A stretch of 64,000 nt of DNA from an uncultured Anaerolineales bacterium (GTDB lineage: Bacteria > Chloroflexota > Anaerolineae > CG2-30-64-16): the NCBI GenBank assembly GCA_964614645.1, contig CAZTMA010000001.1:1295-65294 (forward strand). Direction: 5' to 3'. Below the pieces are notes generated by a model. The model made no database searches. It was not told where the DNA came from and saw only the letters and a program-made list of their open reading frames with translations. Positions 9,171-18,321 of the stretch are shown one piece after another. The stretch's first letter is position 1. Each line of letters begins with the position of its first letter. A program made the translations under genes and the position numbers.

Positions 9171-12100
9171 ATGCGACTAGCAGATTTCCCTCGTCCGAAA
9201 AACGATAATCGCCGCGGTGTGCATTGGTCCGCGTCGGTCTACCACCCCGCCGGCGGGGCGCTGGATTTCTGGATTTCCGAACTGCAGGCCATGAAAATCA
9301 AGTGGGTGAAGGTGCTGGATGACAGCGGCGGGTCATCGTTTGAGCTGTGCCAGCGCCTCCTCGCTGCGGACATCATGCCCGTCGTCCGCCTCTATCGCAT
9401 CGAGCCTAACCCGGGCCACATCGGGGGCCGCGAGGAAGACACCATCCGCCGGCTGGTCGCGGCGGGCGTCCGTTATTTCGAGACCAACAATGAGCCGGAT
9501 CTGCCTATCGAGTGGAAGGGCGGCAAGAAGCCGTCCAATTGGCTCGATGTCGTGATCGACAATTTCATCATCGATGCCGACAAGGTCATTTCACTCGGCG
9601 GCCTGCCCGCTCTCCCCGCGATGGGCGTTGGCAGCAAGCTCAACCCGGTTGCTGAGGTCGTTACGCGGGGCCGGGCCGACCTGTTTGACAACGGCGCGTG
9701 GGTGGCCATCCACAACTACACGATCAACCATCCGCTTGACTATCCCTACGACCCGGTCAACCAGGAGGGCCAGCCTGTCAGCGAGGAGGAGTATGACCGG
9801 CTGGGGCAGTGGGCCTGGGAAGGCCGGCCGCGCGAACAGATCAACGAGTGGCGGCAGTCGGACAAGAACCCCGGCGACACGCTGGCGGATGATGCGACCT
9901 GTTTCCTGTCGTTTCACCTGATGGACCAGATGATCCAGGAGGCCCTGGGCCATGCCGTGCCCATCATCAGCACCGAGGGTGGACCGGTCGTCGGCTGGAA
10001 GGAAGACCGCCGCTATCCGCGCGTCGACCCGAACACGCACGCCCAATGGGTGGCTGAGATTGCGGAGTTCATGCAGGGCACGCGCGAGATTCATGGGATG
10101 CGGTGCTCGGACAGCTACTTTTCGATGTGCCACTGGCTCATCGCCAACTACCGCATGGGCTTCCTTGCACCCACTTGGGAGAGCAACTCCTGGTACACGG
10201 ACTGGTGGAACGGAGACTTCAACCTGGCAGGTGAGCTGCCCGTCGTTGCGCGGCTGAAGGCGCTGGATGACCCACCGCCCGGCCCCGTCGACCGGGCCGT
10301 GGTCGCGGGCCACGTCCTGCGTGCCGACACCGGCGCAGGCCTGCCAGACCTCACCGTCAGGCTGCTCCAGGCGGACCGCGAGGTCAAGAGCGCGATCACC
10401 GGGCCGGACGGCGCATTTCGCATCGAGGGCCTGGCCGTGGGCGTCTACGACATCTCGATTGCGCCCTGGGGCATCGTGCGCCGCGGGGTCAGTGCGGTCG
10501 AGGAGGGGCCGGGCAATCCGCTGCCATCCGTCACCCTCCGGCTCAGCGGCGGCCAGAACAGCGTGCTCACGGGCACCGTGCAGAGCGCTACAGGTACGCC
10601 ACAAGCAGACGTCCGCGTCTGGCTGGCCCGCAACGGTGTGCCTGTCGGAGAGACCGTCACCGGCACGGACGGAGCGTTCCGCTTCGAGGCGCTGCCGCTG
10701 GGCTCCTACCGGCTCGACATCCCCGGCATCACGGTCGCAGGCATCGCACTGGACGGCTGGCAGACGAAGAACCTCCGCCTGACTGCGGGAGCGGCGGGGC
10801 AGTATCGGTACGCTGTCGTGCAGCGGCGGCTGCTGCCCCAGGATGAAACCGCGGGCCGGCGGATCTTCTACGGCACGGTGACGGATGCCAGCGGTGCGCC
10901 ACTGAATGGGATCAAGCTGCGGATGGCCTGGAACGGTGCGGAGCCGGGCACGGACTTCCCGACTACGACGACCGGCCGCGATCCGTTCAAGCCTGCGGGT
11001 TCCTACGAGTTTGTGCACAGTCCCGGCACCTTCAACCTGCAGGTGGTACAGGGTGATTGGCCGAGCGATACCGCCGCCGATCTGGAGACGGCAAAGGTCC
11101 CCGGCCGCGAGGGTCAGGACATCACGTATGAGGTCAATTTCCGGCTGCAGGCGGCCGGCGCGCCCGCGCAGGTGGACGGCATGGTCGCGGGCGGCGCGAC
11201 GGATGCCCTGCTGACACTCACCGCCGCGGACGACACGGTGCGCACGACGCGGCTGGCCGGCGACGGCAGCTTTGTCTTCCCCAACCTGCCGGCAGGAACC
11301 TATCGCCTGTCCCTGGATGGCATCGGGGAGATTGCCGCGCAGATGGTGCTGGAGCCGGGTGCGCTGTTCAAGCTGCTCTTCCCCATGCGCAGCCGCCTGT
11401 CGGGGCACGTCGTCGACGCAGGCACGGTCGCGCCCGATGGCCTGGTGGCGGTGCTGTATGCGCCGGCCCCATGGGGCTGGACGCGGCAGGCGTTGCTTGA
11501 CCCCGCCGGCAACTTCGCGATTGACAACCTCCCGGCGGGCAGTTACCGGCTGGAGATCAACGGGCTGACGCTCCCCGACCTGGCGCTGAACGGCGAGAAC
11601 GAACTAAAACTGGCTTCACTCGACCTGAATCAGGGCCAGCGCAGCGTCGTGCGCGGGCGGGTGGCTGATGGTGCAGGCCGGCCCCAGGCGGATGTCCTGA
11701 TGACCCTCCGCCGCGACGGTATTCTGGTCGCTCAGACCCGCACCGACATCATGGGCGTGTACCGGTTCGTCAGGCTGCCGGCCGGAAGTTATCTGCTGGA
11801 GGCGGTGGGCCTGGGCCAGGTGGCGGCCTTCGTGCTCGACGGGGAGCGCCAGGAGGTCGCCGATGTGCTCTGGCCGCTGCCCGGCCCGCGCGGCATGGTG
11901 CAGGGCCATGTGCGGGACGCCGCAGGCGCACTCGTCTCTGGCATCTGGGTGCGTCTCCTGTCTGCGGGCGGCGAGGTCGCGCGCGTGCAGACCGACCTGA
12001 CCGGCGCCTTCCGCTTTGCGGAGCTGCCCGGCGGGGTGTATGCGCTGGCGCTGGCCGAGGGGGAGCCGCTGGTCACGGGCATCGTGCTCGAAGAGGATGC

Positions 12101-12449
12101 ACTGGTCACGCGCGACATCGTACTGCCGCCCGCGCCGGTCAGGCTGCTCGGCCATTATCTGCTGCTGGCTCCGCCGCCGGAGCCTGCCGCGCCGGGCCAT
12201 GCCGAGGCGCGGATGCTCCTGGCGCTGGTGTCGCAGCACGCTACGCGGGCGTCGGGCAGCATCAGTGCCGGCTACAGCGCCACCGACGCGGCCAACGCCA
12301 GCCGCGTCACTATCGTGGGCGACAACGTGCCGCCGGAAGTTGAAGCGACACTCCGGGCCGCAGGATGCCAGGTGAGCCGGCTGTCGGGCGATGGTTACGC
12401 GGTCGCCGCAGGCCTGGCCCAGCTTTTTGCCGAGGGGGTGAACTCATGA
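9171..12449 (+). CDS. Large cell-envelope protein: N-terminal GH-A (GH5-like) TIM-barrel domain, at least 8 Cna-B/carboxypeptidase-regulatory-like repeats, and a C-terminal cell-wall-binding-like (CW_binding_2-like) domain
   Basis: TNNEPD acid/base-like and IISTEGGP nucleophile-like motifs. Repeated ~85-aa units (V.G.V....G.P..DV.V.L......V.TG.DGAFRF..LP.G.Y.L). C-terminal LLGHYLLL..RVTIVGDNVP...RLSGDGYAV. Start at ATG 9171 after a GGAGG site. No signal peptide found. Confidence 0.65.
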   Translation: MRLADFPRPKNDNRRGVHWSASVYHPAGGALDFWISELQAMKIKWVKVLDDSGGSSFELCQRLLAADIMPVVRLYRIEPNPGHIGGREEDTIRRLVAAGVRYFETNNEPDLPIEWKGGKKPSNWLDVVIDNFIIDADKVISLGGLPALPAMGVGSKLNPVAEVVTRGRADLFDNGAWVAIHNYTINHPLDYPYDPVNQEGQPVSEEEYDRLGQWAWEGRPREQINEWRQSDKNPGDTLADDATCFLSFHLMDQMIQEALGHAVPIISTEGGPVVGWKEDRRYPRVDPNTHAQWVAEIAEFMQGTREIHGMRCSDSYFSMCHWLIANYRMGFLAPTWESNSWYTDWWNGDFNLAGELPVVARLKALDDPPPGPVDRAVVAGHVLRADTGAGLPDLTVRLLQADREVKSAITGPDGAFRIEGLAVGVYDISIAPWGIVRRGVSAVEEGPGNPLPSVTLRLSGGQNSVLTGTVQSATGTPQADVRVWLARNGVPVGETVTGTDGAFRFEALPLGSYRLDIPGITVAGIALDGWQTKNLRLTAGAAGQYRYAVVQRRLLPQDETAGRRIFYGTVTDASGAPLNGIKLRMAWNGAEPGTDFPTTTTGRDPFKPAGSYEFVHSPGTFNLQVVQGDWPSDTAADLETAKVPGREGQDITYEVNFRLQAAGAPAQVDGMVAGGATDALLTLTAADDTVRTTRLAGDGSFVFPNLPAGTYRLSLDGIGEIAAQMVLEPGALFKLLFPMRSRLSGHVVDAGTVAPDGLVAVLYAPAPWGWTRQALLDPAGNFAIDNLPAGSYRLEINGLTLPDLALNGENELKLASLDLNQGQRSVVRGRVADGAGRPQADVLMTLRRDGILVAQTRTDIMGVYRFVRLPAGSYLLEAVGLGQVAAFVLDGERQEVADVLWPLPGPRGMVQGHVRDAAGALVSGIWVRLLSAGGEVARVQTDLTGAFRFAELPGGVYALALAEGEPLVTGIVLEEDALVTRDIVLPPAPVRLLGHYLLLAPPPEPAAPGHAEARMLLALVSQHATRASGSISAGYSATDAANASRVTIVGDNVPPEVEATLRAAGCQVSRLSGDGYAVAAGLAQLFAEGVNS

Positions 12450-13762
12450 GCCTTTCCGTACGCCTCGGACGGTTCTTCGGCCGGCGCAATATGAGCACGC
12501 CGCTGCCCGAACGCGCCGCCGTCTCGTCTGCACCCCGCGACGTGGTCAACGACGCGCAGGGGTATGGCGTCGAAATCAGGACGGCCACGGTTGCACCGGG
12601 CAGCTGGTACTGGCAGGTCGTCCGCGTACACCACCTCACCCCGGAAGAGAACGGCGGCAACCATCACATCTACATGGACATCCTCGACCCGGCCATCGGT
12701 GACGGCAGCAACCCGAACGGCGGCCGCGTCTACGGCGCGCGTGCCCGCGTGACGTGGGATGGCGGCGAGCAGATTGTGACCGTGGATAAGCCCGCGAACG
12801 AGCCGGGCACCAACTTCCCGATGTGGAAGTGGCAGGTGTGCGCTGCGGAGGCGCTGGGCCTGCCCGGTTTGGAGCTGCCCTCGGACCGCGTGACCGGCAT
12901 GCACACCGGCCACCCCGACGAAGCGCCCGGCAACACCCTGTTTCACCACTCCTTCAGCATCACCTTCGTCAAGGTCCAGGCCCCGCTGACCACCTATCGC
13001 GATAGCGTGATATACGGCGTGATATATAACGGGGAGGGGCGCACTGCTCGGCTGCTAGAGGGCGAACGCACCGTGGCGGAACAGGTCATCGGCAGCGACG
13101 AAACTTTCCGCTTTGTGGAACTGGCTGCGGGGAATTACGTGGTCGAAGTCGTGGGTGCGGGCCTGCGCTCCGAGCCGGTGCAACTGGACGGACGCAACCA
13201 GGTCCAGCTTGAACTGACCGTCATCCTGGCCGAAAGCATCATCCGCGGTCGCGTGCGTAACGGCGTCGGGCGCATCGTTACGCTCACGCGCAATGAGATA
13301 GTCGTTACTTCTCAGGTCGTCGCGTCGGACGAGACCTTCTACTTCACTGACCTGCCGGCCGGCGCATACCGCGTGGCCGTGGACGGCGCCGTCTCTGACC
13401 TCCTGACCCTGGACGGCCGGAACTCGGTCATGGTGGACCTCTTTGTGCCGCCTGCGGGCAAGCTGCTCGGCCACTATCTCCTGCTGGGCCCGGCCGGCCA
13501 GCCCGCAACCCAGGCCAACCTGGTGCTGGCACAAGAGTATATCCTGACCTTCCGGCCTTCTTTCGGCTTCAGCGCGGAGGAGGCCGCCGCAGCGGGCATG
13601 GTGACGATCCTTGCCGCAACGGATGCTGTCAGCGAGGAGACAGCGGCCGGGCTGGCTGCGGATGGCACGCCTGTGCAGCGCATTGCGGGCACGGTTGACG
13701 CGGTCGCTCAGGCGCTGGCCGCGCGGGTCGCCAGCGGCCAGCCGTTCGGACAGACCCTGTAG
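12446..13762 (+). CDS. Paralogous envelope protein: unique N-domain, 3 Cna-B-like repeats and the same C-terminal CW_binding_2-like domain
   Basis: ATGA overlap with the previous gene. C-terminal LLGHYLLLGP...MVTILAATDAVSEE...QRIAGTVDAV aligns to the C-terminus of the 9171 gene. Confidence 0.65.
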   Translation: MSLSVRLGRFFGRRNMSTPLPERAAVSSAPRDVVNDAQGYGVEIRTATVAPGSWYWQVVRVHHLTPEENGGNHHIYMDILDPAIGDGSNPNGGRVYGARARVTWDGGEQIVTVDKPANEPGTNFPMWKWQVCAAEALGLPGLELPSDRVTGMHTGHPDEAPGNTLFHHSFSITFVKVQAPLTTYRDSVIYGVIYNGEGRTARLLEGERTVAEQVIGSDETFRFVELAAGNYVVEVVGAGLRSEPVQLDGRNQVQLELTVILAESIIRGRVRNGVGRIVTLTRNEIVVTSQVVASDETFYFTDLPAGAYRVAVDGAVSDLLTLDGRNSVMVDLFVPPAGKLLGHYLLLGPAGQPATQANLVLAQEYILTFRPSFGFSAEEAAAAGMVTILAATDAVSEETAAGLAADGTPVQRIAGTVDAVAQALAARVASGQPFGQTL

Positions 13763-13772
13763 CCTGTGGCCT

Positions 13773-15932
13773 ATGCCTGATTCGCTCTCCCGGCCCATGC
13801 CGCGCTGGTTTACGCCGGTTGCGTTGGCCCTGATCACGGCGCTCGCCGCGTTCCTGCGCTACTGGCAGCTCGAGACGACCCCGCCCGGCTTCCATTACGA
13901 TGAGGCCTTCGATGCACTGGAAGCCTGGCGGTTGCTAACAGATGCCGATTATCGTCCGGTTTTCTTCCCCGGCAACTTCGGCGTCGAGCCTGGGTTTATC
14001 TATCTCACGGCGCTCGCGTTCAACCTCTTTGGCGCGACGCCAGAGGTGATGCGCGGGGTCGGCGCGGCGGTCGGGACTGTCACCGTGCCGGCGCTGTATA
14101 TGTTGGCGCGTGAATGGGTTCAGGCGGATCGCCGGCTGTCGCCCGCGCTGCCGCTGCTGGCGGCGCTGGCGCTGGCGATTCAGCGGTGGCACATCACGTT
14201 CAGCAGAATGGGCATTCAGCCCATTTTGCTCCCCCTGTTCCTGGTGCTGTTGCTGTGGGCCTTCCTGAGAGCACGCCGTAGCAGGAGTCTGTGGGCTTGG
14301 GCCGGGTTCGGATTGGTCACCGGCTTGGGTGTCTACACGTATCTTGCGGGCCGGCTGCTGCCGGTATTGGCCGTGCTGCTGGGGACTGTCGCGCTTCTAT
14401 CAGCGTTTGCAGCCGTGCGGCGACAGCGCAACCAGTCCGGGCGAGCCATCAGCCTGCTCAGCCCAGAGAATGTAGAGCACCCTGAGCGCAGCTCGCCTGG
14501 CCTTTCGGTCACCCTCGCCGGCCTGCTTGTTGCTGCGGCTGTAGCACTGATTATCGTCACTCCCCTGATGCTGCACTTCCTGCACTATCCCGATCAACTG
14601 CTCGTCCGCAGCGGCCAGGTTGCCGTGCTCCCTGGTACTGCCGAAACCGCAAGTCTCTTCCAGAATTTCGCCGCGGTGCTGCGTATGTTCAATGTACGAG
14701 GCGATGCGGATCCACGCAGCAACGTGCCCGGTCTGCCTGTCCTCGACGTGCTGATGAGCATTCCGTTCTTGCTCGGTATTTTATGGCTCATCTGGCGTGG
14801 GTCCAGGTTTGCCAGCGTGACGTGGTGGTTGGCCTTCGTGGTGATGGTCGTGCCCACGGTCTTTAGCGACTATGCGCCTCACTTCCGCCGCGCCTTGGGA
14901 CTGGCTCCGCTGGTGGCGCTGGCCTCCGGGCTGGGTCTGGCCGTCATCCTCGGCCGCGCGGGCAGCCACCCGGCCACCGCCCCCGCGGCCGTGCCCCCGC
15001 GGTTGCAGCAAAACGGTGTGCCTGTGGAGGAAATCGCGGCCGACATGGACCGCCTGCGCCGAGCAGGTCGGGCAGTCGTCGTCGCCGCCATCGTCGCGGG
15101 CAGCCTGGTCTACAGCGCAACCGCCTACTTTGGCACGTGGGGCCGCAGCGCCGTCCTGTATTACACCTATGACCAGGGACTCTGGGAGATCGGCCAATAT
15201 GTCCTCGGCCTGCCGCCGGATGAACTCGTGTACGTGAGCCCGCGCCCGGCCAGCGACATGACGCTCGGATTCGCGTGGCGCGAGGGCCGGCCCGTGCGTC
15301 ACTTCGATGGGCGGCACGCGTTCGTCGCGCCGGAGCAGGGGACGGGGGCCGCAACCTACATCATCATCGAATACGAGGACTTCCGCGGCTGGCGGCTGCT
15401 GGAGGAGCTCTATCCCGGCCGCCGCGAGGTGCGCCAGTTCCTCGATCGCGCAGGTCAGGTGTATGCCCGCGCCTACCGGCTGGACGGCGGGCAGCCGCCC
15501 GTGCGCGGCCCGCGCAACCCGGTGGATGCGGGTGTTGCAAGCTGGCCCGGTTTTGCGCTGGTGGGGTATGATACCGACCGGGCCAGCTATGAGCCCGGCC
15601 AGAGGGTGTACCTCCAGCTCTGGTGGCGCGCCAACGCACCGGTCGGCACGGACTGGACCGTGTTCACGCACCTGCTCGGCCCGGCCAGGGCGGACGGCAG
15701 CATGCTCTGGGCGGGGCAGGATGCACGGCCCGGTCAGGGCAGTGCAGCGATGACGACTTGGGCGCCGGGCGACCTGGTGCTGGACGAGTACCAGTGGCAA
15801 CTTCCGGCGGATGCACCGCCAGGCGAATATCAGATCGAAATCGGCGTGTATGATCCGGCCCAGGGCGGCCGGCGCGGGCTGACGGTGGGCGGCGAAGATC
15901 ACGTGACTATCGGCACCCTGCGCGTCGAGTAG
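13773..15932 (+). CDS. GT-C fold membrane glycosyltransferase, family 39/83-like (PMT/ArnT-type)
   Basis: N-terminal TM helix followed by the FHYDEAFD loop motif (the DE motif of PMT/ArnT). About 11 TM helices and a large C-terminal soluble domain. Confidence 0.7.
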   Translation: MPDSLSRPMPRWFTPVALALITALAAFLRYWQLETTPPGFHYDEAFDALEAWRLLTDADYRPVFFPGNFGVEPGFIYLTALAFNLFGATPEVMRGVGAAVGTVTVPALYMLAREWVQADRRLSPALPLLAALALAIQRWHITFSRMGIQPILLPLFLVLLLWAFLRARRSRSLWAWAGFGLVTGLGVYTYLAGRLLPVLAVLLGTVALLSAFAAVRRQRNQSGRAISLLSPENVEHPERSSPGLSVTLAGLLVAAAVALIIVTPLMLHFLHYPDQLLVRSGQVAVLPGTAETASLFQNFAAVLRMFNVRGDADPRSNVPGLPVLDVLMSIPFLLGILWLIWRGSRFASVTWWLAFVVMVVPTVFSDYAPHFRRALGLAPLVALASGLGLAVILGRAGSHPATAPAAVPPRLQQNGVPVEEIAADMDRLRRAGRAVVVAAIVAGSLVYSATAYFGTWGRSAVLYYTYDQGLWEIGQYVLGLPPDELVYVSPRPASDMTLGFAWREGRPVRHFDGRHAFVAPEQGTGAATYIIIEYEDFRGWRLLEELYPGRREVRQFLDRAGQVYARAYRLDGGQPPVRGPRNPVDAGVASWPGFALVGYDTDRASYEPGQRVYLQLWWRANAPVGTDWTVFTHLLGPARADGSMLWAGQDARPGQGSAAMTTWAPGDLVLDEYQWQLPADAPPGEYQIEIGVYDPAQGGRRGLTVGGEDHVTIGTLRVE

Positions 15933-16029
15933 CGCTTTTCGGTTGCGCTTATCTGCCTCGTGGGGCAACACACTGCGGAGAGCGTTGCAGCGAGTTCCTG
16001 GCGGTTGGGCACGCTAGCAGGCGCGCATC

Positions 16030-16059
16030 GGGGCGACCTGTAGGTCGCCCCGATGCTAT
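16030..16059. terminator. Bidirectional intrinsic terminator hairpin between convergent genes
   Basis: catcggggcgacc-tgta-ggtcgccccgatg: a perfect 13-bp GC-rich stem with a 4-nt loop. Confidence 0.6.
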
Positions 16060-16068
16060 TCTGCTGAG

Positions 16069-16644
16069 CTACTTCGTGATGGTAGCGGGGGCGGTCACCG
16101 GCTCGGACTGGGCGGCCGGCTCGCGTGCAGCCAGAGGCTGCTCAACGTGCTCGACGACGACCGGCTGCCGGAAGCGGCTCTCTTCCACGTACTGCGGCTC
16201 GGCGACCGGCGTCGTGCAGAAGGGGCACGCAATCCAGTTGAGTTCGAGCGGCTTTCCGCACGCGGCGCACGTCTGGCGCAGCTCGGTGCGGCACTGCGGG
16301 CAGATCAGCCATGCCGGTTCGGTGACGGTCTGGCAGTTCGGGCAGGCGCGACGCTCGGTAATGTCACGCAGCAGCGCCTCCTCCTCCAACTGCCGGTCAT
16401 ACACCGCGGCCAGCGTGTCCTTGGGCCGCAGGAGCAGGTACAAGAGGAGGCCGAGCGGGCCGAGGGCCAGCACCAGGATAACGGCCAGCAGCCACGCAAA
16501 GATGTCGCGGGTGCGCGAGCGGATATCGCGGAACGTCCAGACGGCGAAACCGATCCAAAACGCGACCAGTGTCGCAGTGAAGAACGCCACGACCAGTTCC
16601 AGCACGACACCGATCTGGTTCAGTAATTCAGACGGAAGTGACAT
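16069..16644 (-). CDS. Membrane-anchored double zinc-ribbon protein, function unknown
   Basis: Two CxxC...CxxC pairs (CPNCQ...CPQC, CAACG...CPFC) and one N-terminal TM helix. Start at the ATG at 16644 behind a GAGGT site. Confidence 0.55.
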   Translation of the reverse strand: MSLPSELLNQIGVVLELVVAFFTATLVAFWIGFAVWTFRDIRSRTRDIFAWLLAVILVLALGPLGLLLYLLLRPKDTLAAVYDRQLEEEALLRDITERRACPNCQTVTEPAWLICPQCRTELRQTCAACGKPLELNWIACPFCTTPVAEPQYVEESRFRQPVVVEHVEQPLAAREPAAQSEPVTAPATITK

Positions 16645-16811
16645 GGGACAACAAACCTCATTAGCCCCGCTGCACGGGAGTTTGCCAGGGCCGGAAAGCG
16701 CGCCGCCGATGCGCAACGCTGCAATTCGGGCCGAGGACCACGTGCCATCATATCATATCTGCCACGTATCGACCAAAAGCACCGTATAAGAAGCCGCCGC
16801 AGCATGGCATA

Positions 16812-16845
16812 TTTGGTTAACGCGCCGCGCGGGGGTATAATCGGG
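16812..16845 (+). promoter_or_regulatory. Sigma70-like promoter for the translin-like gene
   Basis: TTGGTT, 17-nt spacer, TATAAT, about 40 nt upstream of the TTG start. Confidence 0.4.
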
Positions 16846-16880
16846 GATACGTAACTGAAGTTGCCCCTGAGGAGCATGGC

Positions 16881-17513
16881 TTGTCTGAACTCAGCCAAAT
16901 CATCGAGGAAATCCGGGCCGAATTTACGGCCAAGAACCAGGTGCGCGATGCGACGCTGAATCGCAGCCGCGAGCTCATCCGCTACTGCGCGTTGAGCATC
17001 CGCGCGATTCACCGGCACGAGTGGGAGGAAGCAGAGAAGCTGCTTGCCACCGCCCGTAACGCGGCCGTGGTCATGTCTGCGGACCTGGCGAACTACCATG
17101 ATATGTATCAGGCCGGCTACACCCAGGACGCGCTCAAGGAAGTGGTCGAGGCCCATCTGCTTTACGCCTTCGTGCGCGACGGGGAGATTCCGTCGCCTGC
17201 CGACCTCCACGTACCCGCGGCGGCCTATCTCAATGGACTGGCGGAGGCGGCCAACGAGCTGCGCCGTTTCGTGCTGGACCTGGTGCGGCTGGGCCGCTGC
17301 GCCGAGGCCGAACCCTTTCTCGGCATGATGGATGACGTCTACAGTCACCTGGTCACCATGGACTTCCCCGATGCCCTGACCGGCGGGCTGCGCCGCTCGA
17401 CCGACGTACTGCGCGGCGTGCTGGAACGCACTCGCGGCGACCTGACCGTCGCCGTTCGCCAGGAGGAGCTTGAGGCCGCGCTGCAGGCCTTCGAGCGCAT
17501 CAACCTGAAGTGA
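16881..17513 (+). CDS. All-alpha protein resembling the translin family (tentative)
   Basis: About 210 aa, helical, with a conserved-looking YLNGLAEAANELRRF segment. TTG start behind a GAGGAG site. Assignment is by eye only. Confidence 0.4.
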   Translation: MSELSQIIEEIRAEFTAKNQVRDATLNRSRELIRYCALSIRAIHRHEWEEAEKLLATARNAAVVMSADLANYHDMYQAGYTQDALKEVVEAHLLYAFVRDGEIPSPADLHVPAAAYLNGLAEAANELRRFVLDLVRLGRCAEAEPFLGMMDDVYSHLVTMDFPDALTGGLRRSTDVLRGVLERTRGDLTVAVRQEELEAALQAFERINLK

Positions 17514-17538
17514 TGGCCCGGTTGCTATCCTACCCGAT

Positions 17539-18318
17539 ATGGATGTTGCTTTGAAACGACCCGCCTTCTCGCGCGCCTCGCGGCGTACGTCGTTGGTGTT
17601 AGCATTAGCCCTGCTGATGATGATCCTGCTGGCAGGCACGGTGTGGGCCGCTTGGGGCGGCCTGGCCGCGCCGCTGCACGGCGGCCTGTTTGCGTTCCTC
17701 GATGATGTCGAAGCCACCGTGACACCGACTCGCACCCCCCGACCGTTGACTGCGACGCCAGTGCCCGCGGCCGTGGACCTGACGATTGTCTTCCCGACTG
17801 CGACGCCCTTGCCCACCGTTGCACCGACCGCCCCGCCGTCGCCGGACGATGCGGACGCGTTGCCCGGCTGGCTGGCCGAGGTGGTCGGGAGCTACGGCAT
17901 GCACCCCGACCGCCGCTTTGTTGTGATCGACCTGGCGAGCCAGCAGATGTTCGCGTGGCAGCCCGGCGAGCCGCTGCGCGTCATGCCCGTCAGCACGGGC
18001 GATGAATCGCGGGGCTATCGCACCCTGGCCTGGTACGGTCTGGTAGGCGAATACTGGGGCACTTTCAATGCCTTCGGCGTCTACGCGGATGAAGGCTGGT
18101 ACTTGTTCGAAGACGCGGGCACCATCCTGATTCATGGCGCGCCCTACCGGTTGGTTGACGGCGAGAAGGTATACGAGGATATGGGCGCGTTGGGCGCATA
18201 TCCCGCCTCGCGCGGCTGCATCCGGCTGGCGCCGGAGGATGCGCGCTGGTTCACCGAGTGGCAACCCCAGGGCGTCCCGATCGTCATTCTGCCGAAGGGC
18301 GAAGGCGCGGAGGGCTGA
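17539..18318 (+). CDS. L,D-transpeptidase (YkuD domain) with N-terminal TM anchor and Thr/Pro linker
   Basis: Catalytic motif HG...SRGCIRL near the C-terminus. Confidence 0.85.
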   Translation: MDVALKRPAFSRASRRTSLVLALALLMMILLAGTVWAAWGGLAAPLHGGLFAFLDDVEATVTPTRTPRPLTATPVPAAVDLTIVFPTATPLPTVAPTAPPSPDDADALPGWLAEVVGSYGMHPDRRFVVIDLASQQMFAWQPGEPLRVMPVSTGDESRGYRTLAWYGLVGEYWGTFNAFGVYADEGWYLFEDAGTILIHGAPYRLVDGEKVYEDMGALGAYPASRGCIRLAPEDARWFTEWQPQGVPIVILPKGEGAEG

Positions 18319-18321
18319 GCC

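Noticed and set aside
9591-11408. 605-aa antisense ORF inside the large surface-protein gene
   Set aside because: The sense strand has clear repeat-domain periodicity. The antisense translation is low-complexity.
16620-17816. 398-aa antisense ORF over the translin-like and L,D-transpeptidase genes
   Set aside because: The sense-strand genes carry catalytic and family motifs. The antisense translation is Arg/Gly/Ala-rich with no domains.
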